Source: Candidatus Obscuribacterales bacterium | Lineage (GTDB): Bacteria > Cyanobacteriota > Vampirovibrionia > Obscuribacterales > Obscuribacteraceae | Assembly (NCBI GenBank): GCA_965228855.1 | Contig: CBDDIJ010000003.1 | Coordinates: 3,456,001-3,520,000 of the forward strand | Direction: 5' to 3' | Length of the DNA: 64,000 bases | Part shown: in pieces, positions 40,701 to 49,525 of the stretch | How positions within the stretch are numbered: the first letter of the stretch is position 1 | Layout of the letters: the number at the start of each line of letters is the position of its first letter | Translations under genes and position numbers: made by a program | Notes under the pieces: model-generated | Seen by the model: only the letters and a program-made list of their open reading frames with translations | The model's database searches: none | What the model was told of the DNA's origin: nothing

Positions 40701-40771
40701 CTGAGCAGGACCTGGAGCAAGCCAGATTCCACGATCACAAGCTGACCAATAACATCCGCTTCCACATGTGA
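37712..40771 (+). CDS. Sel1-repeat / caspase-like (peptidase C14) / TPR protein
   Basis: Signal-like N-terminus, Sel1 repeats (GKGVPKN, GVGTKKD, GRGVPAN), Lys/Ala/Pro linker, KWALVIGI, YFSTHGS and MDACHSG dyad, and C-terminal TPRs. Confidence 0.9.
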   Translation: MKMAIFPRRGICLALTVIFSSTCLAPGVDARQRYSTIQGNIREEAEIEPYEGGKKAGPVQDWELLCKIEGDAELKATVIKEAEEGKLDQIFVLACMNLQGKGVPKNLTAAFELFKACANKGHSSSQNNLGFMFEEGVGTKKDLKQAMTWYQTAADYNNANGLCNLGNMIEHGRGVPANPEQAYTLYQKASELGSKVARQNVIGYEFERDHKWKLKGIEVNQTATDAAKQTLSYNPTAALFKNSSPQSSAAKTVTATAPAAAKVAVTAKPAPPAVAKPETKTTPTTDVVANVISKLKAADKANTDKAAADKISNKTAEKAKPAASPADSKATEKKQDVPAVATEPEAKPAEAQSGLQAGTPTLTAILNRLSKGTSLEQEQPTATTPETTKDEKPQVASAPKVAPTEQKVEAKASEKTDKADTKADKKADANEKKDDARVEKKAKADAKAAEKLAKSAEKQVDKKPEPKLSATEKTVVAAVEKPIEATTEKTIANAEKPAAKQNETAVEVKKSALDTPISYKAPAQPEVKPEAVATAKPEVKQAAKPETKQTGKPEVKTAPAAKTAAKPETKPVVAAKPTAATTGGADPKVKEFNKLAEKSANRPIRDKWALVIGITDFQDPDIPDLQYSAKDATDFYNYLVKEANFQPDHVRLLLNEQATQRRVLSELGSKFLARVVKPDDLVVLYFSTHGSPSQLDPRGKNYLVASDSDSADLFATGIEMQKLLDSIQGRVLTDRVLLVMDACHSGFAAPDSKGMSRLGNFKAEDLAQGSGQLVICSSMPEERAWESTRYQNGVFTRKLLDGLRAKGTGTSLVEAFTAARSAVGNEVQEDRPGAKQTPVLKGKWDGNDLVLATPAYAPQAIPNSVSQNLETDSRVDLIASASRPQGIRNVSEDKDTEGVTKPTNDSAPRSGVLYLDSQFFSVPGDPKAVAKDYGDAIRSNGTDSELYFLRAKAFIQLGDWHQAMTSLTDAIQLSPNRAQYYLGRAYVNFRLGKKVLAEQDLEQARFHDHKLTNNIRFHM

Positions 40772-40900
40772 GCGTGTGCGACCAGCTATAATTCGAATCT
40801 GAGACGATGCCAATCGACCGACGTCGATCATTAATGTCTCGGGTCCGGCGCGGATGGCAATCTGCGCCAGACACAAAGAGGTAGACCAGGAGCGATCAGG

Positions 40901-42016
40901 TTGAATACCGGCAAACGGCCAGACCAAACACCGCCGACTTACGGCGAGCTTGCCCAGCGCCTTGAAGAGAAAACCAGAGAAGTAGACCTTTTAAACAAGA
41001 ACTACAACGATCTGAGTTATCGAATTCAGCGCATCATCACAAGCTTCCCAATGGGTCTGATTGTGGTTAATAAAAACAATCGAATCGAGGCCGTCAATCA
41101 GCGAGCTCGAAGCATCTTCGAATACTCCTCAGAGGAGCTGGCTCAGCAGCCAATCGACTTCATTTTTCCTGAAACGAAAGCGCTGGAAATCAGTCCGCAA
41201 CCAATTAAAGTCTCAGCTCGCAGACGCAGCGGCGATATTTTCGCCTCTGAAATTTGCGTCAACATGCTCGAAACACAAGGGGAGGAGCGCTACTTCGTTA
41301 ACGTTCAAGACATAACCGAGAGACAACGCCTGGAACAATTGCGTCACGACCTTATCGCGATGGTGAGCCATGATATACGGGGTCCTCTCACTGCCGTTCG
41401 TGTGGTACTGGATATGGTGTCAACCGGAATGTACGGCGCCATAAACGGTCGCGGCGTCAACATAATCACAAACGCTCAATCCTCCGTCGACTACCTTATA
41501 TCCCTGGTTAAGAATTTGCTGGACGCGGAAAAAATGGAGACCGGCACTATAGAGATAGTGCCGGCCGAAACAACCGTGGGCGCAATCATAAACAAGGCAG
41601 TCATCACCGCCGATGGTGCCAAGGATCGCCCGACCGTTTCAATAGAAACTGATATTACCAATGATGTAATAACGGCTGATGAGGACAGAATTATTCAGGT
41701 TCTCATTAATCTGATTTCCAACGCAATCAAGTATTCGCCGGACAATTCGGTCGTCCGCGTTGTGGGCGGCATCGAGGGTTTGTCGGCCAAGTTTCAAGTA
41801 ATCGATTGCGGTCCAGGCGTTCCGAAAGAGATGCAACACATCGTATTTGAGCGCTATCGTCAGCTGGAACAACACAAGTCGATTAAGCGAAAAGGATTTG
41901 GGCTGGGTCTGGCGATATGCAAATCGCTAGTGGAAAAACATGGCGGCAAAATTTGGGTGGAAAGCGAGCCTGACAAAGGCAGCAAGTTTTGCTTCACGAT
42001 CCCGTTGTCACCTTAA
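40901..42016 (+). CDS. PAS sensor histidine kinase
   Basis: PAS domain ending QDITER; H-box VSHDIRGPLT, N-box NLISNAIKYS, DCGPG and GFGLGL. Confidence 0.93.
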   Translation: MNTGKRPDQTPPTYGELAQRLEEKTREVDLLNKNYNDLSYRIQRIITSFPMGLIVVNKNNRIEAVNQRARSIFEYSSEELAQQPIDFIFPETKALEISPQPIKVSARRRSGDIFASEICVNMLETQGEERYFVNVQDITERQRLEQLRHDLIAMVSHDIRGPLTAVRVVLDMVSTGMYGAINGRGVNIITNAQSSVDYLISLVKNLLDAEKMETGTIEIVPAETTVGAIINKAVITADGAKDRPTVSIETDITNDVITADEDRIIQVLINLISNAIKYSPDNSVVRVVGGIEGLSAKFQVIDCGPGVPKEMQHIVFERYRQLEQHKSIKRKGFGLGLAICKSLVEKHGGKIWVESEPDKGSKFCFTIPLSP

Positions 42017-42086
42017 TAAAGCAAGTCACACATCAATTGCTCAGGTTTGAACGTCATTGTAATATGGTCATGGAAAGGGTGATTCT

Positions 42087-44258
42087 ATGACCGAAGCACA
42101 GCTTTGCCCAATTTGCAAAAATCCACGCAAGAGTAGCAGCTACGGAAGCCTCACTCAGTGGATCGTTGCCTGTAATTGCGATGTAAATGACATTGAGGCG
42201 GTAGAGGAAGAGAGGCTTTCCGCCATAAACATGTGCCGAACCTGCGGTAAGCGCATCGGTGAAGGGCGAGCAGGTTCGTTCACCCAATTTATTTTTCGAG
42301 CGGATGTCTGCAGGTGTTCCGTACCGAAACCGCTTAGAGACGCTCTCGATGCGGCGCCACCGGTGGATGTGCAAATAGTTGTCGATGAAATCGACGAACA
42401 ACCGTTATCGTTGGGCGCCACTTCTTTTCCAATGGACCGCTACAAGCCCCTCGCTCAACTCGGGGCCGGCGCTGGCGGCTCCGTTTACCTCGCCCAGGAT
42501 ATGTTTTTGAACAAAAGAGTTGCGGTGAAGATGCTGCATATGCTTGAGGCGAAACAGCTTGTCGCCTTTCAAGAAGAAGCCAGAGCGAATAGCCGGTTGA
42601 ATCATCCGAATATCGTCGGAATTCTGGACTTTGGACTGACCGAAGACGGAGTACCATATATGGTGCTCGACTATTTTCAGGGCTCGACTCTGGAAAAGGT
42701 CTTAGAACAACAAGGTCCTCTAGACTGGAGCGCTACGCAAAATATTTTCGTGCAGACCTGCAATGCGCTCGCTTACGCGCATCAGAATGGCGTATTTCAT
42801 AGAGATATCAAACCGAGCAATTTGCTGTTGCTCGATAATGGTGATGGCGGTGTCGATGTTCGCATCATAGACTTCGGTATTGCTAAAATCAGCAGCCCTG
42901 ATAAAGAGCGTGCGCAGAGCGGCGAGCAGCTTCTTGTCGGAGCACCGATTTACATGAGTCCCGATGAAGGTCTCGGCTTGCCATACGACGGAAGATCAGA
43001 AGTCTACTCTCTCGGCTGCGTGATATTTGAATGCCTTACTGGCCGGCCGCCATTCGTTGGTGAGAATGCCTATCAGACTCTCAGCATGCACGCGACAGAT
43101 ACTCCACCACATCTGGTGGATGTTAGACCGGATGGCAACTATCCTCCCGGTCTTGAAGCATTAGTCGAGAGAGCATTGGCGAAGCGCCCGGAAGACCGCT
43201 TCGCAAGCATGCTTGACCTTCGACAGGCGATTCAAGACATAGATCCCAATTACTTATCACAGCAGCCAATTGATGCCGAACAGAAACAGAGTGCATCACC
43301 TGCAGTGGCAATTAAAACGGTGGCAACGATTTTGATAATAGCCGCGATCGGCTTTCTCGCAGCACAAAGTATGGTGAAGCCGCAGCTGCCGTCGAGAAAG
43401 GAAACAGAAGAGAAGCGACAACTGGAGCGCAAAACTGCTGCCTATCATAAGAATGAGCAAGAAATCAACGACATAAAAACCAACGTAATTCTCGACGAAT
43501 TGAATCTAACCGGCGGTGGATGGAATCGTGAAGAGCCTACGATGATAGAAGGTCATGAAGTCACGGACGAGGATTTTAAAAAGCTCAAAGACCTCGACAA
43601 CGTTCAGAACTTCAAAGTGACGATGGAATCTAAAGTTTCCGGAGTCGGTTTCAAGTACATTCCGGAAGCTAAGTTTCAATCGATCTTAATAATGAGCCAT
43701 ATGTTCAATGATGAAGGTGCAGAGTACCTCTCCAAGATCAACACGATTAAGCGCCTTTGTTTTCACTACGATAATCTGATGACACCAAAAGGGATGCAAC
43801 GCCTGGTCGATGGATTGCCGGAGATGAGAACACTGCAACTGCGATTCATGGAGTTGAAACCGGGAATGATCCGTACACTGAAGGGCGCTAAGAAGCTCAA
43901 CACAGTGGACCTGGGTCACTCGCACGGACTCACAAAAGAGGCTCTGCATGACCTTGCAGAAGTTAAATCGCTAAAAGTTCTGACGCTCACAAATGCTGGT
44001 ATTGATGATGAAGCCATCGAAATTCTTTCCAAGCTTCCGAATGTATCGCACATGGATATCAATGAAAACCAGCTTTCAGACGAGGGTCTCATGCTCCTCG
44101 GTCGAAAAATGAAGAACTTGAGAAGCTTAAAAACCACCGTTGCAGGAAAACTAACGTCGCTCGGAGTGAAACGGTTTGAAAAGCTACGACCAGACGTGAA
44201 GGTTTCAATCGGAGAAGACGGTACCAGTAAATTAATCCAAATGCTGCAACAACAATGA
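42087..44258 (+). CDS. Hanks-type Ser/Thr kinase with N-terminal Cys-rich repeats, TM helix and LRRs (paralog of 4893-7148)
   Basis: GAGAGGSVY, VAVKML, HRDIKPSN and DFG motifs, TM helix and LRRs. Confidence 0.9.
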   Translation: MTEAQLCPICKNPRKSSSYGSLTQWIVACNCDVNDIEAVEEERLSAINMCRTCGKRIGEGRAGSFTQFIFRADVCRCSVPKPLRDALDAAPPVDVQIVVDEIDEQPLSLGATSFPMDRYKPLAQLGAGAGGSVYLAQDMFLNKRVAVKMLHMLEAKQLVAFQEEARANSRLNHPNIVGILDFGLTEDGVPYMVLDYFQGSTLEKVLEQQGPLDWSATQNIFVQTCNALAYAHQNGVFHRDIKPSNLLLLDNGDGGVDVRIIDFGIAKISSPDKERAQSGEQLLVGAPIYMSPDEGLGLPYDGRSEVYSLGCVIFECLTGRPPFVGENAYQTLSMHATDTPPHLVDVRPDGNYPPGLEALVERALAKRPEDRFASMLDLRQAIQDIDPNYLSQQPIDAEQKQSASPAVAIKTVATILIIAAIGFLAAQSMVKPQLPSRKETEEKRQLERKTAAYHKNEQEINDIKTNVILDELNLTGGGWNREEPTMIEGHEVTDEDFKKLKDLDNVQNFKVTMESKVSGVGFKYIPEAKFQSILIMSHMFNDEGAEYLSKINTIKRLCFHYDNLMTPKGMQRLVDGLPEMRTLQLRFMELKPGMIRTLKGAKKLNTVDLGHSHGLTKEALHDLAEVKSLKVLTLTNAGIDDEAIEILSKLPNVSHMDINENQLSDEGLMLLGRKMKNLRSLKTTVAGKLTSLGVKRFEKLRPDVKVSIGEDGTSKLIQMLQQQ

Positions 44259-44361
44259 CATAACGGCACGGTGAAAGAAAACCGTTTAGCTTTGTGGACA
44301 TCGGGAATAAGACTCTCTGGATTACATATATGTATTAGATCAGGTTCTCCTTCTCCTTACT

Positions 44362-45666
44362 ATGCCACATGCTCACGATCCGCTCGTTGGCACCACACTC
44401 GATGGGCGCTTTCTCATCGAGGAGTTGATCGGTTCGAGCAGTCTCAGTAACGTATACAGAGCGACACAGCTACGCGTCAATCGTGATGTCGCCGTTAAAA
44501 CACTGAAGTTTCACATTGATGATAAGCAGGCTCACAGAGACCGTTTTCAAAACGAGGTCGATCTTCTCTGCGCGCTCAGTCATCCTAACATAGTCACTCT
44601 CTTCGATTGGGTACCAGGTCCGGATGGACAACCATGCGTGATCATGGATTACCTGCCCGGAAGAAATCTGGAAAGACTACTGGCGGAAGATGGACCTCTG
44701 AACATTTCTCGCTTTACGCGAATTTTTGTGCAAGTACTTGGCGCGCTTGAACATGCTCATCGCAAGGGAGTGATTCATCGCGACGTGAAACCAGGCAATA
44801 TCGTCCTTATGGATAAAGAGACCGATTTCATAAAAGTCGTTGACTTCGGTCTGGCAAAATTCAACCAGACAAGCTTGGCAGACGGCGAGGAAATCTGCGG
44901 AAGCCCTCCATACATGAGTCCCGAACAGTGCATGGGCAAGCCTGGAAGCGAGCGCTCCGACATCTACTCTATCGGCGTGGTTATGTACGAGATGATTACG
45001 GGAAAAGACCCGTTCCATCAAGCTACTTCGATGTACGAGTTAATTCAATGCCATGTGAAAAAACAACCGCCGCCTTTGAAAGAAGCAAACGGGCTTCTCA
45101 GTTATCCAGTCGGACTGGAACCACTTCTTCTGAAAGCGATGGCCAAGGATCCAGCTGACAGACACCAGTCTGCTAACGAACTGAAGGAGCATTTAGTAGC
45201 AACCTGTTTGAAAGCAGCAGACAACGAATCCGGATTATCCAGCACCTTGAAGCTTGATAATGAGACTTCAAAACTGGCGAATCAGCCTCAAGCCGGATTA
45301 AGCTCACCTGCCGGCATCGGCAGTGGGAGACTAGGTTTAGGCAGCGGTCTGGGCGTCACGTCGGGAGTTGCAAACGCAGCCGAAGGAATTTCTGCGAGTA
45401 TCGCTGGCGACACCAACACCACATCCGGTATCACATCGCCCTCAGCTTCGAGCACCTCGACGTCCGCTTCAATTCGTCAGAACGCCCATCGAATGGCAAA
45501 AAATCCCTTCATGGGAAACATTCCCATCACTCTCGTCTTCGCTCTTCTGATCGTCATTGGACTGATTTTTGGCAGCATCCAATTTTTAACATCGCTGAAA
45601 CAAAGCAAAAATACAGTCGTTCAAACTTCGGAATCAACAGACTCATCACTATCGAAGACAAAGTGA
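44362..45666 (+). CDS. Hanks-type Ser/Thr kinase with C-terminal TM helix
   Basis: VAVKTL, HRDVKPGN, DFG and GSPPYMSPEQ; degenerate Gly loop GSSSLS. Confidence 0.9.
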   Translation: MPHAHDPLVGTTLDGRFLIEELIGSSSLSNVYRATQLRVNRDVAVKTLKFHIDDKQAHRDRFQNEVDLLCALSHPNIVTLFDWVPGPDGQPCVIMDYLPGRNLERLLAEDGPLNISRFTRIFVQVLGALEHAHRKGVIHRDVKPGNIVLMDKETDFIKVVDFGLAKFNQTSLADGEEICGSPPYMSPEQCMGKPGSERSDIYSIGVVMYEMITGKDPFHQATSMYELIQCHVKKQPPPLKEANGLLSYPVGLEPLLLKAMAKDPADRHQSANELKEHLVATCLKAADNESGLSSTLKLDNETSKLANQPQAGLSSPAGIGSGRLGLGSGLGVTSGVANAAEGISASIAGDTNTTSGITSPSASSTSTSASIRQNAHRMAKNPFMGNIPITLVFALLIVIGLIFGSIQFLTSLKQSKNTVVQTSESTDSSLSKTK

Positions 45667-45670
45667 GGGC

Positions 45671-47335
45671 TCAATCAGCCATTTTGAAAACGACATCCCT
45701 CATCTCGCGAAGAGCGACCTGATCGGACGTCTCCGCGTGAACTATAACGCAATCATCACCGATTCTTCCGTAAGCAACGAATCCCGAGAGTTTGGCGCTC
45801 TGCCACTGAGCAAACTCGAATTGAACGGTCTCTCCGACAACTTGCTCACTATCACCAGTTGTGAAACGTCTGGCCCGCTTCTCTCGGCGAACCTGTTTTA
45901 AAAGTCCCTGAATAACAGGCTCGCTCTCATTCTCTACAGGCGTTTGAATGGACAGCTTAAACTGAGTATCCTGCCCCTTATATGCTCTCAGGTGATACTT
46001 CACGCCAACCAAAGCCTTCAATCCTTTTCCATCGTCAGCGGCAACTGAATAGTCTGAGGGGAAGGAAATCTTCATTGAACCGATGGCAGTCGCCTTATCC
46101 TTTTTATTATCCACACGGAAAGATGCTGTCATTGTTGACGCGCTCTTTGCTGATGTATTGCCGTCATCGACGCGCAGGCTAATCTTGAACTCCGCAGATG
46201 AAGTTCCCTCGGAGACCAGCGGACTGACCTTCAATTTAAGCAGAGCATCGCCGGTCTTCACCGGGACAATCGGCAACCGCACGAGTATTTCGTCGTCGTA
46301 ACTGAAATCTTCAACATCGACAGTCCAGATGCACGAATTGGCAGTCGGGGTAAGTTGCGCGATAAACGGCCAGAACGATTCATCGTCAGGATCGGGCGGC
46401 TCGAAATCATCATCATCGGTCTGACTGTGCCACTTTTCCAGCGATACGCGAACAAACTCAAACATCCCTTGGCTGAGAGCTTCTCCCTCCAAATTTACTC
46501 TCACTCCCTGCGACCCGGCCCCTTCATTTCGGATGGTGCCGTACCAATTCAATTCCTCGCCAGTTTCGAGCTCAAATTCTGCAGCTTCCGTTCTGAGGTC
46601 TGCATCCGCACCGTCGGAAGACCGGGAAGAGAGACGACTTCTGCGTTGGCGCTCCGTTATCAACATCGGTGGACCAACGATGGTTTCGCGAGTTTTCTTC
46701 TCGTGTTCGCTCTGTAGTAGTTTAAACCTATTAGAGTCGGCACCGCCCTGTCTAATATACTTATATCCCAGACACACGCGGTCTCGAGGCAAACCAAGGC
46801 GCATCCCCAGACTGGCAGCCAGAACGTCGCCGCGGAATATCGAGGTGGAACTGAGAGCTTTCTCAAGGTCCTTTCGCATAATGTGCCAGACAAATTTCAA
46901 GGTTCCAGCAAAGCGACCGGGTTTCTTCGAGAAGGTCTCTGTGAGGTCTTTAATAGTGGTGCCGGGCACGCAGTAACGCGCGACAGCCTGCATATTTCCG
47001 CCGGATGGACTGACATCTTCTCCACCGAAGTAACCTGGATCTGATTCATACTCATCGACTTGCCGGCCGCTCTCACAGAGCACATACCAGAACAGATCGC
47101 TGTCATGAACAAGAAAACCGAAGACGCCCGTATCAAGCTGCTTCGACAAAGACACTGCCAGACTTCGCAGAATTCGAGGGTCCTGGCTCTCGCTGCTTCG
47201 AGGATACACGCTGATCCACCCCCGCTCGCAAGCACTGGAGACATATGCCGGCAAAATGTTTTCGTCTTGCAAAATGCTGACGACGCGTTCAAAGTCACGA
47301 GTTCGCAACTGCAAATTTGTATAAGACGAACCCAT
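45671..47335 (-). CDS. hypothetical protein
   Basis: 554-aa ORF starting MGSSYTNLQLR, with GWISVYP and VHDSDLFWY segments and an Ig-like central part. Confidence 0.7.
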   Translation of the reverse strand: MGSSYTNLQLRTRDFERVVSILQDENILPAYVSSACERGWISVYPRSSESQDPRILRSLAVSLSKQLDTGVFGFLVHDSDLFWYVLCESGRQVDEYESDPGYFGGEDVSPSGGNMQAVARYCVPGTTIKDLTETFSKKPGRFAGTLKFVWHIMRKDLEKALSSTSIFRGDVLAASLGMRLGLPRDRVCLGYKYIRQGGADSNRFKLLQSEHEKKTRETIVGPPMLITERQRRSRLSSRSSDGADADLRTEAAEFELETGEELNWYGTIRNEGAGSQGVRVNLEGEALSQGMFEFVRVSLEKWHSQTDDDDFEPPDPDDESFWPFIAQLTPTANSCIWTVDVEDFSYDDEILVRLPIVPVKTGDALLKLKVSPLVSEGTSSAEFKISLRVDDGNTSAKSASTMTASFRVDNKKDKATAIGSMKISFPSDYSVAADDGKGLKALVGVKYHLRAYKGQDTQFKLSIQTPVENESEPVIQGLLKQVRREKRARRFTTGDSEQVVGETVQFEFAQWQSAKLSGFVAYGRIGDDCVIVHAETSDQVALREMRDVVFKMAD

Positions 47336-47473
47336 TCGAGCCCTCCCGATCGAATCTACCCAAAAGACGGTGCTGCCAAGCTTCGATTACAGTCTCCGGA
47401 GGGCAACATTTTGAGCAATTTGAAATGGTATCATTGCAGCAAAGGTCCGATCCAGACAGCCTTGGGAGGCGTT

Positions 47474-48148
47474 ATGCAAGTCACAGCAGAGCTTCGCTGG
47501 TTCTGGAACTCTCCGCAGGATGAGCTTAAAGAGTGGTTCTGCGATGAGAGTATTCATGACTTTCCCGCTGGTGGCGGTAGTAAGCGCGTTGACTTATATT
47601 TCCGCGATGCTGCGCAAATCGAATTGGGTTTAAAACATCGTGGTGGTCGGCCAGGCGTTGAAATCAAAGGTTTGGTTTCAGTCACCGCCGGTGGTTGCAC
47701 AGAAACGCCTTTCGATGGCGATATCGAAACGTGGTCGAAGTGGACTGCGCACGGACTGCTCCTCGATAGGAGCAAAGTCGTGGCTACTGAGAAACAGAGG
47801 TGGATGCGCAGATTCGACACTTCTGGAGAGAAAACGCTTGAGCTTCTCCTCGATGGAAAAGAAAGGTCGGCACACGTGCCTGACCGGGGTTGCAACCTCG
47901 AGTTTACGGCAATTCGTTTCGTTGATGCCGAAACTCATGTCCCAATTGAAGATCAACCTGACTGGTATACATTGTCGTTCGAAGCATTCGGAATTTTCGA
48001 AAGCCTTCCGGAGAACCTGCGCAAAGCAGCCGCCGAAATCGTACGGCGCAATCCGCCGACAGTTTCGAATAGCATCAGAGCGAGCTATCCGAAATGGCTA
48101 AGCCAATTCGCTCCTGATTCACTGCTGTTGCATTCGGTCTCGACTTAG
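47474..48148 (+). CDS. hypothetical protein, CYTH-like
   Basis: GGGAGG RBS then MQVTAELRWF (ExR), RVDLYF, LGLKHR, VEIKG, KQRWMR and CNLEFT, a CYTH-like charged-motif pattern. Confidence 0.6.
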   Translation: MQVTAELRWFWNSPQDELKEWFCDESIHDFPAGGGSKRVDLYFRDAAQIELGLKHRGGRPGVEIKGLVSVTAGGCTETPFDGDIETWSKWTAHGLLLDRSKVVATEKQRWMRRFDTSGEKTLELLLDGKERSAHVPDRGCNLEFTAIRFVDAETHVPIEDQPDWYTLSFEAFGIFESLPENLRKAAAEIVRRNPPTVSNSIRASYPKWLSQFAPDSLLLHSVST

Positions 48149-48172
48149 TTCGGTGAAAACAGCGGACCTGGT

Positions 48173-49411
48173 TTACGCCGCAGATGGCACCGTATGCGAT
48201 GCCTTCTTGGATGTCTGTAGCGCTGAATACATCGCAACTCGAGCCCTTTGATCTACCAGATGAATAGTGCGGTGGGGATGGTATTCCCACGAAGACATGA
48301 ATTCTATAAGACTGATAGCGGGAGCAGCCTCGAGGCGGGCGACCCTGTGACCCTTTCGCGAAGCACTTCCGGTTATTTCCAGTTCCAACCTATCGATGGC
48401 TCTCCAGGCCTCTTCAACGCTAAACTCATACTGCTGAAGCGTGTGGGCAAGTATTAACATCTGTTCCAAACGATCCAGATCTCTTATAAATTCACCGCCG
48501 CTTCTGCGGCGCTCAAGGCGCAGGCGCTCACCATACTGTGTTCCATCGCCCCGCTCTTCGTGCATCAGACGCCACATACGACCGCGCACCGTATGCAACA
48601 CTACCATGGAGTCCGTGACGTCTTCAGGTGCTATGCCGTAAAAATTCGCAATGGACATTGAAACGTATTTACAAAGTTCCATTAGCTCTTGATCCAGAGT
48701 CGACCCGGATAGAGCGACACCGTAGTGCGCAGCTAAGCGAACAATCATCGATTCGACGATCCGGCGAATTCTGGGCTCAAAAGAATCGCGCATAACTGAC
48801 AGACCAAGATGCATCTCTAGTCGGTCCAACGAACGGTTCAACTCGGGGATCGCATCGCTGCGCGTTTGATAATAAATGGATATCGGCAAAAGAAATATTT
48901 CTCGAGGACTGCCACTGTCCATCAGTCGTTGCTGAGCGATAAGCATGTTGCGAATACCGTCTTCCTTCAGAGGAAGAATGGCATCATCGCGACCGGTAAC
49001 ATCGCCTTCAGGAAACATAATCAGTTTGCGCTTCGCCTCTGTGATAAGAGAAATTGTCATTTCCTTGCTGGCATGATCCTCGGGTAGCCCTCGAATGACA
49101 GAATACGTGCCGACCTGTTGCATGCACCATCCGCGCAATCCGAGCGTTCCATCGAACTGCTCGCGCGAGGACAGATAATAGAAGTCTTCGTCGCAGAACT
49201 TCGACAATGCGAACGCGCAGAGTGGGTCGAATCTATCCGAGTGATTCAACAGCAGCACAGTGCTTTTTCCACCCAATCGGCGAACCGCTTCCACACACTG
49301 CGCGGAAGCGGTGACTTCAAGTTGCTGATACTGCAACACTGCCGGCAATATCAGTTTTGTAAAAGCGCATGCCAGGGAATTTTCCCTGGGCGGAATCAAA
49401 TCATTATTCAT
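48173..49411 (-). CDS. 1-acyl-sn-glycerol-3-phosphate acyltransferase family protein
   Basis: NHSDRFD (HX4D), YSVIRG and MFPEG. Confidence 0.88.
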   Translation of the reverse strand: MNNDLIPPRENSLACAFTKLILPAVLQYQQLEVTASAQCVEAVRRLGGKSTVLLLNHSDRFDPLCAFALSKFCDEDFYYLSSREQFDGTLGLRGWCMQQVGTYSVIRGLPEDHASKEMTISLITEAKRKLIMFPEGDVTGRDDAILPLKEDGIRNMLIAQQRLMDSGSPREIFLLPISIYYQTRSDAIPELNRSLDRLEMHLGLSVMRDSFEPRIRRIVESMIVRLAAHYGVALSGSTLDQELMELCKYVSMSIANFYGIAPEDVTDSMVVLHTVRGRMWRLMHEERGDGTQYGERLRLERRRSGGEFIRDLDRLEQMLILAHTLQQYEFSVEEAWRAIDRLELEITGSASRKGHRVARLEAAPAISLIEFMSSWEYHPHRTIHLVDQRARVAMYSALQTSKKASHTVPSAA

Positions 49412-49525
49412 AATAAAATCTCTGGGCTCTCACCCGTCGCGGTTGCTTATCAGCTTCGATACTTTCGTAGCACGCAAGACCGCAATCGATGACCAGTTGG
49501 TCCACCAGCGCGGTTTAGGCGACGG

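Noticed and set aside
47060..47473. N-terminal extension of the 362-aa ORF
   Set aside because: It overlaps the divergent 45671-47335 gene; the RBS supports the ATG at 47474.
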